Assembly: GCA_035463295.1 (NCBI GenBank) | Contig: DATHTK010000023.1 | Coordinates: 1,563 to 65,562, forward strand | Direction: 5' to 3' | From: Rubrobacteraceae bacterium | GTDB taxonomy: Bacteria; Actinomycetota; Rubrobacteria; Rubrobacterales; Rubrobacteraceae | Length of the DNA stretch: 64,000 nucleotides | In this document: piece after piece, positions 53,571 through 62,537 of the stretch | Layout: every line of letters starts with the position of its first letter | Numbering within the stretch: the stretch's first letter is position 1 | Notes under the pieces: generated by a model | Told to the model about the DNA's origin: nothing | Database searches by the model: none | What the model saw: the letters and a program-made list of their open reading frames with translations, nothing else | Translations under genes and position numbers: made by a program

Positions 53571-54650
53571 CTAGCCGTTGGAACGGCCCAGGATCTTCTG
53601 TTGCTCGGCGTCCCCCTCGAAGCGCGACTCGGTGTTCAGGTACTGCGCCGCGTCGTCCTGCTCGACGAATAGCAGACCCGTGTTGGTCTCGGCCGGACCC
53701 GTGAGCCCGTCGGAGATCTTGTACAGGTAGAGCTGCATCACCGGGTAGAACCCTTGCAGGTAGGGTTGCTGATCTATCGTGAAGTCGATGTGGCCCGCAT
53801 CTAGCAGCTCCAGCGTCTTGGGGAGCAGGTCGTACCCGCCGCCCCTCACGCCCTGCTCGTGCAACCCGTAGCGCTCCATGACCTGCGCGACGCCCTGGGT
53901 GCTCCCCGCGTCCACGGCGAACATGCCCGCTACGTCCTTGTGCCCCTGGTAGTACGCGTCGATCCTGTTCAGCTCCTCCGGCAGGTCCGCGCCGGTCGTG
54001 ATCGGCTCCACCTCTATGTTCGCACCCGATGACTCTATGGCCTGCCGCGCCCCGTCTATGCGCGGCTGGATGTTGAGCTGGCCCGGGGTCGCGATGAAGA
54101 GCGCGACCAGACCCTCGCCTACCAGCTCCACGATCTGCTTGCCCATCTCCTGGCCCGACCCGAAGAGGTCCTGCCCGACGTATGCGAGCGCCGGGTTTGT
54201 CCCCGGTCCCTCACCGTTGGCGTTGTAGGCGATGACCGGGATGTCGTTGTCCAGGGCCTCCTGGATCGGGTCGTTGAACGCCTGGGGGTCGACGACGGAG
54301 ACCGCGATGCCGTCGGCGTTGCCCGAGATCGCCGTGTTCATGGCGTCCACCATCTCCTGCACGTCAGAGGTCTCCGAACCCGTCCACTGAGACTTCGTAC
54401 CGACAAGCGCCTGAGCGTCCTCGATGCCGTAACGCGTCGGGGTGAAGAAGGGGTTGGTCGTCACGTGATTGACGAAGACGAAGTTGTACTCGGGTGTCTC
54501 CGGGAAGTTGCCAGCGCCCCCGCCGCCACCTCCCTGAGAGGCCTCCTCGCGCCTGCACCCGGCGAACAGTAACCCCGCGCTCGCTAGCGCCCCCGCCGCC
54601 AGAAACTGCCGACGCCCCAGCGTGTAGCTCCCTACGCCGTTTTCCTTCAT
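53571..54650 (-). CDS. Sugar ABC transporter substrate-binding lipoprotein (RbsB/Peripla_BP_4-like) with Tat-type signal
   Basis: RRQFLAAGALASAGLLFAGC signal/lipobox, periplasmic-binding fold. ATG 54650 chosen because the promoter/operator at 54701-54730 overlaps the longer GTG 54701 start. Confidence 0.85.
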   Translation of the reverse strand: MKENGVGSYTLGRRQFLAAGALASAGLLFAGCRREEASQGGGGGGAGNFPETPEYNFVFVNHVTTNPFFTPTRYGIEDAQALVGTKSQWTGSETSDVQEMVDAMNTAISGNADGIAVSVVDPQAFNDPIQEALDNDIPVIAYNANGEGPGTNPALAYVGQDLFGSGQEMGKQIVELVGEGLVALFIATPGQLNIQPRIDGARQAIESSGANIEVEPITTGADLPEELNRIDAYYQGHKDVAGMFAVDAGSTQGVAQVMERYGLHEQGVRGGGYDLLPKTLELLDAGHIDFTIDQQPYLQGFYPVMQLYLYKISDGLTGPAETNTGLLFVEQDDAAQYLNTESRFEGDAEQQKILGRSNG

Positions 54651-54700
54651 GCGGTTACCCCTGTCGACTCCGCTACCACGATGATGCCTTTCCCGAGACA

Positions 54701-54730
54701 CATTGTTATACCAATTTCAATCCCTGTCAA
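54701..54730 (-). promoter_or_regulatory. Promoter/GntR-operator copy 1. Minus strand: TTGACAgggattgaaATTGGTATAACAATg
   Basis: The 17 bases at the + strand left end and the 7 bases at the right end are identical to 58361-58390. -35 TTGACA, 17-nt spacer, -10-like AACAAT, overlapped by the near-palindrome ATTGGTATAACAAT (FadR/GntR-type t.GT...AC.a core). Confidence 0.6.
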
Positions 54731-54747
54731 GCCGTCTGGCGGGGCTG

Positions 54748-55530
54748 CTACGGTCCGTTCTCCTGTTCCCACCACAGACCCATCCGGGCGGTGGTACCGC
54801 CGTCGACATAAAGAGTCTGTCCGGTGACGAAATCGGCGGCGTCGGAGACGAGGAAGGCGACGGCAGGGGCGACGTCTCTCGGGTATCCCAGACGGCCGAT
54901 GGGGACCAGGGTGTTCCCGAACTCGGTAGTGTAGCCGGGCATATCGAAATAGCGGGGGACCTCGATAAGGCCGGGGCCGACGGCGTTGACGCGGATCTTG
55001 CGGTCTGCGAGCTCGATGGCGAGCTCGCGGGTGAAGGCGATGACGGCGCCCTTGGTAGCGGCGTAGGCCGCGTGGCGGGGGAAACCGCTGTGGCCGTGGA
55101 TCGAGGTGATGTTGACGATTGCGCCTCCGCCCGCCTCGAGCATGAAGGGCACCGCACTCTTCGCGCAGAAGAAGCAGCCCTTCATGTTCAGGTCGAACAT
55201 CTCGTCGTAGATGGACTCCCGGGTCTCCAGGAAGTCGAGGGCGCGCGTCACGCCGGCGTTGTTGACGAGGACGTCTAGGCCGTCCAGAGAGCCGGCCGCC
55301 TCCTCGACGACCCGCTCGCACTCGGAGACCTCCCGCAGGTCCCCCCGCACGGCGACGGGCGTCGCGCCGAGGCGCTCTATCTCGGCGACCGTCTCGGCCG
55401 GGTACTCTTCGATCGGGGGATAGTGTACGGCGACGGCGGTGCCCCGGCGGGCGAGCTCTATGGCGACGCCCTGCCCGATGCCCGTGCCTGCGCCCGTCAC
55501 CAGCGCCCTCTTGTCCGTGAGGTCTGTCAT
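54748..55530 (-). CDS. Short-chain dehydrogenase/reductase
   Basis: [21 protein letters not shown]. The start lies 4 nt after the dehydratase stop. Confidence 0.9.
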   Translation of the reverse strand: MTDLTDKRALVTGAGTGIGQGVAIELARRGTAVAVHYPPIEEYPAETVAEIERLGATPVAVRGDLREVSECERVVEEAAGSLDGLDVLVNNAGVTRALDFLETRESIYDEMFDLNMKGCFFCAKSAVPFMLEAGGGAIVNITSIHGHSGFPRHAAYAATKGAVIAFTRELAIELADRKIRVNAVGPGLIEVPRYFDMPGYTTEFGNTLVPIGRLGYPRDVAPAVAFLVSDAADFVTGQTLYVDGGTTARMGLWWEQENGP

Positions 55531-55534
55531 TGCC

Positions 55535-56704
55535 TCATGTTCCTCGCCTTCGCGTTGTCTCGCGCTTCTCCCATCCCTCGGCGAAGAGGTTGAAGTGCAC
55601 GTCCCTCTTCGGGTGCGCAGAGATCACGTCCTCGTCCAGCTCGACGCCGAGACCGGGACCTCTCGGCAGCCCGAAGTAGCCGTCGACGACCTCGGGGAGG
55701 CCGGGGGCGGTGTCGCGGACCCAGGGGTCGGCGAAGTCGTTGAAGTACTCCTGGATGCGGAAGTTCGTCGTCGAGGCCGCCAGGTGCAGAGCGGCGGCCG
55801 TATTGATCTGACCCCCCACGTTGTGCGGGGCGACGGTGACGTAGTAGGCGTCGGCCCAGGCGGCGAGCTTCTTGGTCTCCAGGAGACCGCCGATGTGGCT
55901 GATGTCCGGCTGTATCACGTCCGCCGCCTGCAGCTCGAAGAGCTCGCGGTACTCGAGCCGCTGGTGGATGCGTTCGCCGGTCGCCACCGGGATGCCGGGT
56001 GGGATCTTCTCGGAGGCTTTCTTCAGCGCCTTCAGGTTCACCGGCGGCACCGGCTCCTCGACCCACCCGAGCCCGTACGGCTCGAGCATACGGGCCATCT
56101 CGGCGGCGGTCGCCGGGGAGAAGCGACCGTGCATCTCCAGCAGGATCTCGGGCTCCGGCCCGACCGCGTCGCGCACCGCCTCGACGAGCGCGGCCGCCCG
56201 CAGCTTCTCGTCCCGCTCCAGCTCGTAGTGCCCCGGCCCGAAGGGGTCGAGCTTGAGGGCCTTGTAGCCCTTCTCGACGACCTTCCGCGCGGCGGTGTGG
56301 AACTCCTCGGGTTCCCTCTCGACCCGGTACCAGCCGTTGGCGTAGGCTTTGATGCGATCTCGTACCGGGCCGCCGAGGAGATTGTAGACCGGTTGGTCCA
56401 GGGCCTTCCCGATTATGTCCCAGCAGGCCGTCTCGAAGGCGGCTATCCCGCTGCTCATCACCTCTCCCGCGCGCGAGAAGTCGTCGCGGGAGAGCTTCCT
56501 TACCAGCTCCTCGATGCGGAAGGGGTCGTGCCCGATCACGTGCCGCGGCGCTGCCTCTTTGAGGTAGCCGACCAGAGCGTCGGTGTGGTTGACCATCCGC
56601 ACCTCGCCGAGACCCGTCAGTCCTTCGTCGGTGTGGAGCCTCACGATGGTCAGGTTACGCCAGTCGGTGCCGACGACGAAGGTCTCGGCGTCCGTGATCT
56701 TCAT
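55535..56704 (-). CDS. Enolase-superfamily dehydratase (mandelate racemase/muconate lactonizing family; galactonate/mannonate dehydratase-like)
   Basis: [11 protein letters not shown]...[39 protein letters not shown], and a C-terminal tail typical of the acid-sugar dehydratase subgroup. ATG 56704 overlaps the upstream stop (ATGA). The Arg-rich ORF-track extension to 57409 is rejected. Confidence 0.88.
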   Translation of the reverse strand: MKITDAETFVVGTDWRNLTIVRLHTDEGLTGLGEVRMVNHTDALVGYLKEAAPRHVIGHDPFRIEELVRKLSRDDFSRAGEVMSSGIAAFETACWDIIGKALDQPVYNLLGGPVRDRIKAYANGWYRVEREPEEFHTAARKVVEKGYKALKLDPFGPGHYELERDEKLRAAALVEAVRDAVGPEPEILLEMHGRFSPATAAEMARMLEPYGLGWVEEPVPPVNLKALKKASEKIPPGIPVATGERIHQRLEYRELFELQAADVIQPDISHIGGLLETKKLAAWADAYYVTVAPHNVGGQINTAAALHLAASTTNFRIQEYFNDFADPWVRDTAPGLPEVVDGYFGLPRGPGLGVELDEDVISAHPKRDVHFNLFAEGWEKRETTRRRGT

Positions 56705-57648
56705 GCCCCCTCCTCCGCGGTGGTATCGATCGGAATGCCCGGGAAGGCCGTCCCCTCCGCGCTGACCTCGGCCCCCGGGTAGTAACGGTCGAGCATCGCG
56801 AGCCCGATCTCCGCCCGCCGTACTCTCTCGCGGCCCAGCGCGATCGCGGTCGCCTCCAGATGGGTCCCGCTCGGGTAGATGTTCGGGGCGTTGCGCAGGC
56901 CGAACTTGACGAACACGGGAGAGGCCACCCGGACGAGGTCGGGGATCTCGTAGTGCCGGACGAACCCGCCGAAGTCGTCGGGCACCTCTACGTAGACGTC
57001 GAGCGGGAGGTCCGTAACGGCCCTTATGGCGGCGAGCTGCGCGAGGCTGAGGTCGGTCGGGACGTTGTAGGTTCCGGCCCCGAGGTCCTCCATCGCCTTT
57101 ACGGCCGCCGCGTTCGCCGCGGAGAGCTGTACCGAGACCTTCACGACCAGGTCCTCGGGCAACTCTTCGCGGGCTTTCAGGTCTCTGAGCACCCACAGAA
57201 GCCCCGCGTCGGCGACGAGCACCCCGCGCAGCCCTAGAGAGACGCCGCGCAGCACGTCCTCGAGAGCGTAGGCGAGCTGGTCCTGTCCGCGGTGCTGGGC
57301 GCCGAGGACCTTCCCCGCGCCGGAGACCACGGCGGCCCCAGTCTCCCAGGCGGCGCGCGGCCCGACGAAGAGCGAGAGCTCCAGCCCCTTCTCGCGCGCC
57401 ATGTCGCACATCTCGAGGATCTCGGCGTCCGTGAGCAACACTATCCCCGAACCCTGGGAGACCCGGTGCAGCTGTACCCCGCGCTTCTCCGCCTCGTCGA
57501 GGACCGCCTCGAGCACCCGCGGCCCCTCGACGCTCGGGATCTCTACCCTGTACCGGGCGCCGTCCGGGAAACGTTTCTCCGAGTCCGGGAGATCGTGGAG
57601 ATCCCCCGCCGGCAGACCCAAGCCTCCGAGTAACTCGCGTGCCTTCAC
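56701..57648 (-). CDS. Uncharacterised 315-aa protein (predicted alpha/beta, possibly TIM-barrel), operonic with the enolase-superfamily dehydratase
   Basis: Good coding character. GTG 57648 sits behind GGGGAGG and overlaps the GntR stop (GTGA). Its own stop overlaps the dehydratase start. I recognise no family motif (RFPDGARYRVEIPSVEGP...). Confidence 0.7.
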   Translation of the reverse strand: MKARELLGGLGLPAGDLHDLPDSEKRFPDGARYRVEIPSVEGPRVLEAVLDEAEKRGVQLHRVSQGSGIVLLTDAEILEMCDMAREKGLELSLFVGPRAAWETGAAVVSGAGKVLGAQHRGQDQLAYALEDVLRGVSLGLRGVLVADAGLLWVLRDLKAREELPEDLVVKVSVQLSAANAAAVKAMEDLGAGTYNVPTDLSLAQLAAIRAVTDLPLDVYVEVPDDFGGFVRHYEIPDLVRVASPVFVKFGLRNAPNIYPSGTHLEATAIALGRERVRRAEIGLAMLDRYYPGAEVSAEGTAFPGIPIDTTAEEGA

Positions 57649-58349
57649 GTTACCTCCCCTTCTTCGAGGGCCGCCTCGATGTCCCGGGCCGTGTTCGCCA
57701 GGTGCGACCTCATCTCCTCCCGGGCGCCTTCGGCGTCTCCGCTCTCCACCCGGCGCAGTATCCTCTCGTGCTCCTCCAGCGCGCGCTCCGCGTTGCCGGG
57801 GCGCGCAGCGCTTACCCGTCGGCTCGCCCGCAGCAGATCCACGACTGGCTCGAGCATCGTGAGAAGAACGCCGTTGCGGACGCTGCGCGCGAGCAAGGCG
57901 TGAAACTCCACGTCAGCGTCGACGTAACCCTCAGGTACGCCTATGGAGTCGCGCATCCTCTCCAGTTGTTCCTCCATGGCCCGCACGTCCTCAGGCCCCG
58001 CCCGCCGGGCGGCGAGACCCGCGATCTCGACCTCCAGAATCCGCCTCATCTCCAGGAGCTCCCTCAACGTGCCCGGCTGGACGCGTAACAGCAGACCCAG
58101 CGTGTCCCGCACGGCGCGCGTGTCGCCGCCGCTGACCACCGCCCCCCGACCGTGCTCGATGCTTATGAGACCCCGCGCCTCTAGCAAGTTCAGCGCCTCG
58201 CGTACCACCGTCCGGCTGACCTCCAACCGGGCGCACAACTCGCGCTCGGGCGGGAGCCGCTCACCCGGACTGAGGCCGCCCGAGACGACCAGGTCCAGTA
58301 ACTGCTCCGCCGCCCGGTCCCTCAGCCTCGTGCGCGGCGTCCGTTCCAT
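57645..58349 (-). CDS. GntR-family (FadR/FCD subfamily) transcriptional regulator
   Basis: wHTH LPPERELCARLEVSRTVVREALNLLEARGLI and a helical FCD-type C-terminal domain. ATG 58349 chosen because the promoter/operator lies at 58361-58390, implying a very short or absent leader. Confidence 0.88.
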   Translation of the reverse strand: MERTPRTRLRDRAAEQLLDLVVSGGLSPGERLPPERELCARLEVSRTVVREALNLLEARGLISIEHGRGAVVSGGDTRAVRDTLGLLLRVQPGTLRELLEMRRILEVEIAGLAARRAGPEDVRAMEEQLERMRDSIGVPEGYVDADVEFHALLARSVRNGVLLTMLEPVVDLLRASRRVSAARPGNAERALEEHERILRRVESGDAEGAREEMRSHLANTARDIEAALEEGEVT

Positions 58350-58360
58350 CACCCCAAGGG

Positions 58361-58390
58361 CATTGTTATACCAATTTGGGGGTCTGTCAA
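58361..58390 (-). promoter_or_regulatory. Promoter/GntR-operator copy 2. Minus strand: TTGACAgacccccaaATTGGTATAACAATg
   Basis: Same architecture and conserved blocks as 54701-54730. It lies 12 nt upstream of the GntR start. Confidence 0.6.
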
Positions 58391-58416
58391 ATGGCGATAT
58401 CGGGGAGGAGCGTACG

Positions 58417-60114
58417 CTAGCGGTAATGCTGGGCTGGCGAGCGGGTATAGAGCCTGACATCCGAGGCGTGCTGGTCGTTCATGGAGCTGATTTCGGGGTA
58501 GCCCCGCTTTATGTAGAGCGTCCAGGGGCCGACCTGGTCTCTATCGTAGTGGTTCCCCAGCCAGTCGAGCATTCTCTGCTTGTGCGGGCCGCTCGTCTCG
58601 CCGACGGCGATCACGGCCGGGTCGTATCGCTTGAGGTTCCGGAGCCATCCGCTGAAACCGCCGGGGGTCTCGGCAGCGATCTGGCGGTCGATACCCCGGA
58701 TGACGAAGGGGTAGGGGTTCGGGTTCTCGGCGCCGAGGAGCACCAGGAGCTGCGGCACGCCGATAGAGACCACCCTCGCGTTCGCGCCGAACCGGTTTTC
58801 GATCTCGTAGGCGGCTCGTTCCTGGTAGTCGAGGTCGCCCGCGGCGGGACCGCGGTCGTCGGTGGCCAGGGAGCTCGCCCGGGCCCCGAGGTCGACGGTA
58901 ATCAGGGAGCTCACCACGGCCATAGCTGTGAGGGCCACGCAGACCATGACGGCGATCGCGTGCCTCGGCCCGGAGGGTACTCTCGTGCCGCCCGCGTTCT
59001 CGATCCGGTTGACGGCGAGGTAGAGAAATCCGCCGAACCCCAGCGCCACGTAGGGGATAAAGACAAAGAAGTCCGGGTATCCCTGGAAGTCCATTACGGA
59101 CCAGACAATGGGTAACGGGAGCGAGAGGAGGATCGGGGCGAACGCACCGGTGCGCACGGCCTCTCCGAAGAGGCCGCCCTCCGGACGCGTCCGGGGTATA
59201 TAGAGGCGCGCGAGCATGACGGTGGCGACAATCACGGAGAGGAGCATCGCGACGCTGACTATGGGGATCAGGGGCGTACTGTAGCCCCGGAATATGGCCT
59301 GGGCGGGCGCGAAGAGGACGGGGACCAGGGAGGAGAACTCCTCGCTCTCCAGGTAGCGGAAGTTGAAGAGGATGGTGCCGTTCAGCAGCTCGTAGAGGGC
59401 CCCCTCCAGGTAGAAGTACGCGACGGTCAGCGCTACGGGAAGACCTCCCCCGGCCAGCGCGCGCCAGACGGCCGAAGACCTCGGGCCGCCGGGACGGAAA
59501 AGGGCGAGGGCGAGGGTTACGAGGAGAAAGACCGCCATCGGCTGCCAGACGAGAAAGGCGAGGGAGCCGAAGAGGCCGGCGCGAAACCACTTTCTCTGAC
59601 TGGTGAAGAGCAACGCCAGTACCTCGAAGAGGAGCATCGGCGTCTTCGCCTCCGGTTCGGCGGTCGCGTACCGCCCGAAACAGAAGAGCGCGAGAAAGGT
59701 GAGAGCGGTGTAGAGGCCCGCCCTGTGGGACTTGAACAGGTGGCTGCCGAGCAGATAGCTCGACGCGACCGCGAGACAGCCGAGCATAAAGAAGAGGACC
59801 CGAACGGACATTATGTCGTCCGCGCCCAGGAAGTTCGACAGGATCACACCCGCGCCCGCGAGCATCGGAGCCAGCGGTCCCTTGTGGTCGAAGACGCTCA
59901 CGTACGGAGGGACGCCCTCGGCCATCATCTGGCCGCTGTAGAGGTAGATAGCGCCGTCCCTGGACATGCCGCCCATGAGCCCGAAGCGGTAGTACAGGAC
60001 CGCGGTGAGTACGGAGATGGCGAGGAGTATGACCCCGGCCGGTATGCCTAGGGTACGCAACCTGTCGAGAGCCCCAACCTCGCGGCTTTTCACCCTTGTG
60101 TTATCTCTGTGCAT
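58417..60114 (-). CDS. GT-C-fold membrane glycosyltransferase-like protein (ArnT/PMT, GT39/GT83-like) with C-terminal soluble domain
   Basis: About 12 TM segments. First loop SRDGAIYLYSGQMMAEG...VFDHKGPLAPML (Asp-containing loop plus a K-P-P-L-like motif typical of PMT_2/ArnT). ATG 60114 (TTG 60120 is an alternative). Confidence 0.65.
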   Translation of the reverse strand: MHRDNTRVKSREVGALDRLRTLGIPAGVILLAISVLTAVLYYRFGLMGGMSRDGAIYLYSGQMMAEGVPPYVSVFDHKGPLAPMLAGAGVILSNFLGADDIMSVRVLFFMLGCLAVASSYLLGSHLFKSHRAGLYTALTFLALFCFGRYATAEPEAKTPMLLFEVLALLFTSQRKWFRAGLFGSLAFLVWQPMAVFLLVTLALALFRPGGPRSSAVWRALAGGGLPVALTVAYFYLEGALYELLNGTILFNFRYLESEEFSSLVPVLFAPAQAIFRGYSTPLIPIVSVAMLLSVIVATVMLARLYIPRTRPEGGLFGEAVRTGAFAPILLSLPLPIVWSVMDFQGYPDFFVFIPYVALGFGGFLYLAVNRIENAGGTRVPSGPRHAIAVMVCVALTAMAVVSSLITVDLGARASSLATDDRGPAAGDLDYQERAAYEIENRFGANARVVSIGVPQLLVLLGAENPNPYPFVIRGIDRQIAAETPGGFSGWLRNLKRYDPAVIAVGETSGPHKQRMLDWLGNHYDRDQVGPWTLYIKRGYPEISSMNDQHASDVRLYTRSPAQHYR

Positions 60115-60160
60115 CCGCAATGTATACCCGATTTGACACGAAAACGTACTATACAGGGTC

Positions 60161-60182
60161 GGGCGTGCTCATTGCCACGCCC
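60161..60182 (-). terminator. Hairpin GGGCGTG-n8-CACGCCC about 46 nt downstream of the 714-aa gene's stop
   Basis: Perfect 7-bp stem. A short T-run (gtttt) follows at a distance on the minus strand. A weak intrinsic-terminator candidate. Confidence 0.25.
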
Positions 60183-60227
60183 CCGCCGAACGTCCCAGCG
60201 GTCGGGTTGCGCTCGACGATTCGCGGA

Positions 60228-62372
60228 TCAGGCGGGATCTTCGAGGTCCACCGCGTAGAGGCTGAACCCTTCCCTCGGGGCGTCCTCCACGGCGGAGAAC
60301 CCGGGCAGGGTCTTCAGGCGCTCATCGAGGGGTTCGCCTGCGTCTACCATCACGTAGTCCACGTCGTAGCGGCGCAGCGTCTCGTACCCGTCCTCGAGGC
60401 TGAAGTCGTGGAAGAACCTGTGCACGTCCAGGTAGCGCTGGGGGATATCTATCTCCGACCCTGCGACCCGCTCCAGCTCCTCGCGGTCCCTTATCATCGC
60501 CGCGCCCCTGAGGCTCACCACGTCCACCGAGGCCGAGTAGGCGGGGATGGCGGTGTTGGCGCTGTCCCGCGCGAGCAAGACGCTCGGTCTCTCGATGTTG
60601 TCTCCTATCCAGGGGTATATGGGGTCCGGGTGGTAGTTCGAGGTCCGCGCGACCTCGTACTTGCGGTACAGGTCTATGGCCTTCGCCACGGACGGCGGCG
60701 CGGCCGTCGCCACCAGCACGGTCACGAGCGCCAGCGGCACGGCCCGGATCACGCGATGTCCGACGCCGAGCCCGACAAGGCGAGTCTTTGCGTAGCGGGA
60801 TCCCTCCCACGCCATCCAGCCCGCCGTCAGCAGGGCGAGGAGCGAGATGGGCCACGACAACCGCCACAGTTGGCCGGGGGCGATCAGCTCTTCCCCGACG
60901 AACGTAGCGACGGGGGGTACGTAGACCGCAACGGTCACCATGGCGAGCCCGCCGAGGAGGAGCTGGGCCGCGAGGCTGCTCTTTAGCCGCCACATCAGGA
61001 AGGGTGTCCCGAGCACGTACGTTCCCAGGATAACCGGGTTCAGCAGTAGCCAGGGGTGCATCGTGTACGAGCCGTCGTCGAACTCGTAGATGTGCCTCCA
61101 CTTCTCCTCGATAAACACCGTGGCGTCGAGGACCTCCGGGGGGGTCGCGTTGATATCCGCCGAGTAGAGCACGGCGGCGGGCGACTCCCCGGCGAACAAC
61201 AGCAGCGCGGGACCGAGGGCGACGCTGAGCAGCGCGAACGCCAGGGCGGACATCCCCATCCAGGCAGCCCTTCGCTGCCCGTCCGTCGCCACGTGAGCCA
61301 GCCCGAAACCGAGCATGCACAGCCCGATGGCCGGCAGCACGATCGGGTGCACGGCTATCACCGCCCAGCAGAAGAACGTGAAGAGGGCCAGGTGCCGGAG
61401 CTTCCGGCCCTCCAGGTAGAGCACGGCGAACAGGAGCGCCATCGGCAGCATGAGAAACCTCGCGGCGTGCTTGTCCTCCGGTATGCGGGCGGCTAGCTCC
61501 ACCCCGATGTTGTGCACCGAAGGCTCCATAAAGACTATGTGAAACAGGGCGTATACCGAACCGGTCAAGACCGCCGCGCGCTCGCTCTTGAAGAGGGTTC
61601 GAGCCAGGGCGTAGACCGCGAGCAGAGCCACGACCACCAGCGTCGGGGTCAGGTATCTGAGCACCAGCTCGATCGTATCCAGGCCGGAGACGCGGGAGAG
61701 GGCGGCCTGCTCCAGCAGCCACCCGTTGACGTGCACGCGCGAGAGTTCGCCGGTCTTCTCGCTGAAGTACGGCTCGCGCAGCGCGAGCCTGTCCGCGCTC
61801 GCGAAGTCCCGCACCCACGATAGGTACACCCAGATGTCGTCGTTGTCGTTCGGCACCCTCCTGGTCGCCACGAAAGCCAGTACCCCACCCAGCAACGCGA
61901 AGGGCACCCACAGAGGGCCGGCCGACGGGTCGTACTTGACACCCCGTCGCGTACCCGATTCCCCTCCGCGGAACGCCCTCCACGCCGCCACCGCGAGAAA
62001 GGCCGCCAGCACCGCCCCCGATGCCCATAGGTAGGCTCCGATGCCCGCGTGCGCGATCAGTGTGGGCACCGCTAGAAGGCCGAAGATTCCCGTGCTTGTC
62101 GCGAAAGCCACGGGGACCAGGGCGGGACCCGCGACGTCGTCTCTCAGGAACCAGTGCGTCAGGAGTACCCCGGGCGCCGCGAAGAGCACTAGGGTGGCCG
62201 CGAAAAAACCAGGAGGGAAGGCTTCGGAGACACCGCGAAAGACCACGAGCACGAACGCGCTCACGGCGCTCGATACCGGGACCAGGACGTCTGGGGACTT
62301 GACCCGGTGCGTCAACTCGCCACCGCCGGCACCACGCGGGCGCGGGAGAGAGATCCCCGGTTGGGAAGACAA
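60228..62372 (-). CDS. Very large polytopic membrane protein (714 aa), GT-C-like architecture with C-terminal soluble domain
   Basis: At least 14 hydrophobic segments. Acidic first-loop motif RRVPNDNDDIWVYLSWVRDF. About 170-aa non-membrane C-terminus. No specific family recognised. Confidence 0.6.
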   Translation of the reverse strand: MSSQPGISLPRPRGAGGGELTHRVKSPDVLVPVSSAVSAFVLVVFRGVSEAFPPGFFAATLVLFAAPGVLLTHWFLRDDVAGPALVPVAFATSTGIFGLLAVPTLIAHAGIGAYLWASGAVLAAFLAVAAWRAFRGGESGTRRGVKYDPSAGPLWVPFALLGGVLAFVATRRVPNDNDDIWVYLSWVRDFASADRLALREPYFSEKTGELSRVHVNGWLLEQAALSRVSGLDTIELVLRYLTPTLVVVALLAVYALARTLFKSERAAVLTGSVYALFHIVFMEPSVHNIGVELAARIPEDKHAARFLMLPMALLFAVLYLEGRKLRHLALFTFFCWAVIAVHPIVLPAIGLCMLGFGLAHVATDGQRRAAWMGMSALAFALLSVALGPALLLFAGESPAAVLYSADINATPPEVLDATVFIEEKWRHIYEFDDGSYTMHPWLLLNPVILGTYVLGTPFLMWRLKSSLAAQLLLGGLAMVTVAVYVPPVATFVGEELIAPGQLWRLSWPISLLALLTAGWMAWEGSRYAKTRLVGLGVGHRVIRAVPLALVTVLVATAAPPSVAKAIDLYRKYEVARTSNYHPDPIYPWIGDNIERPSVLLARDSANTAIPAYSASVDVVSLRGAAMIRDREELERVAGSEIDIPQRYLDVHRFFHDFSLEDGYETLRRYDVDYVMVDAGEPLDERLKTLPGFSAVEDAPREGFSLYAVDLEDPA

Positions 62373-62537
62373 TCGACGACCGGATCCGAGGCGCCTCGTG
62401 TGAGCCGTCGCGGTTCACCTTGGGGGAGGTGAGCTCCTGTCTTCGTGGGTCCGCACGATGCTCTGAGGGTACACTCCCAAAGACCGCTCCCGGCGACGTC
62501 TGATAACTCGTGTGGCGGGGGCTCACTCCTTACGGTT

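Noticed and set aside
56705-57409. N-terminal extension of the enolase-superfamily ORF (624-aa version). Analogous extensions occur at 52545-53006, 38957-39205, 31657-31848, 10469-10576, 12081-12248, 13522-13629 and 26048-26209.
   Set aside because: The extensions are Arg-rich non-homologous sequence that overlaps the upstream gene. Internal starts with SD sites and 4-nt stop/start overlaps reproduce canonical family N-termini.
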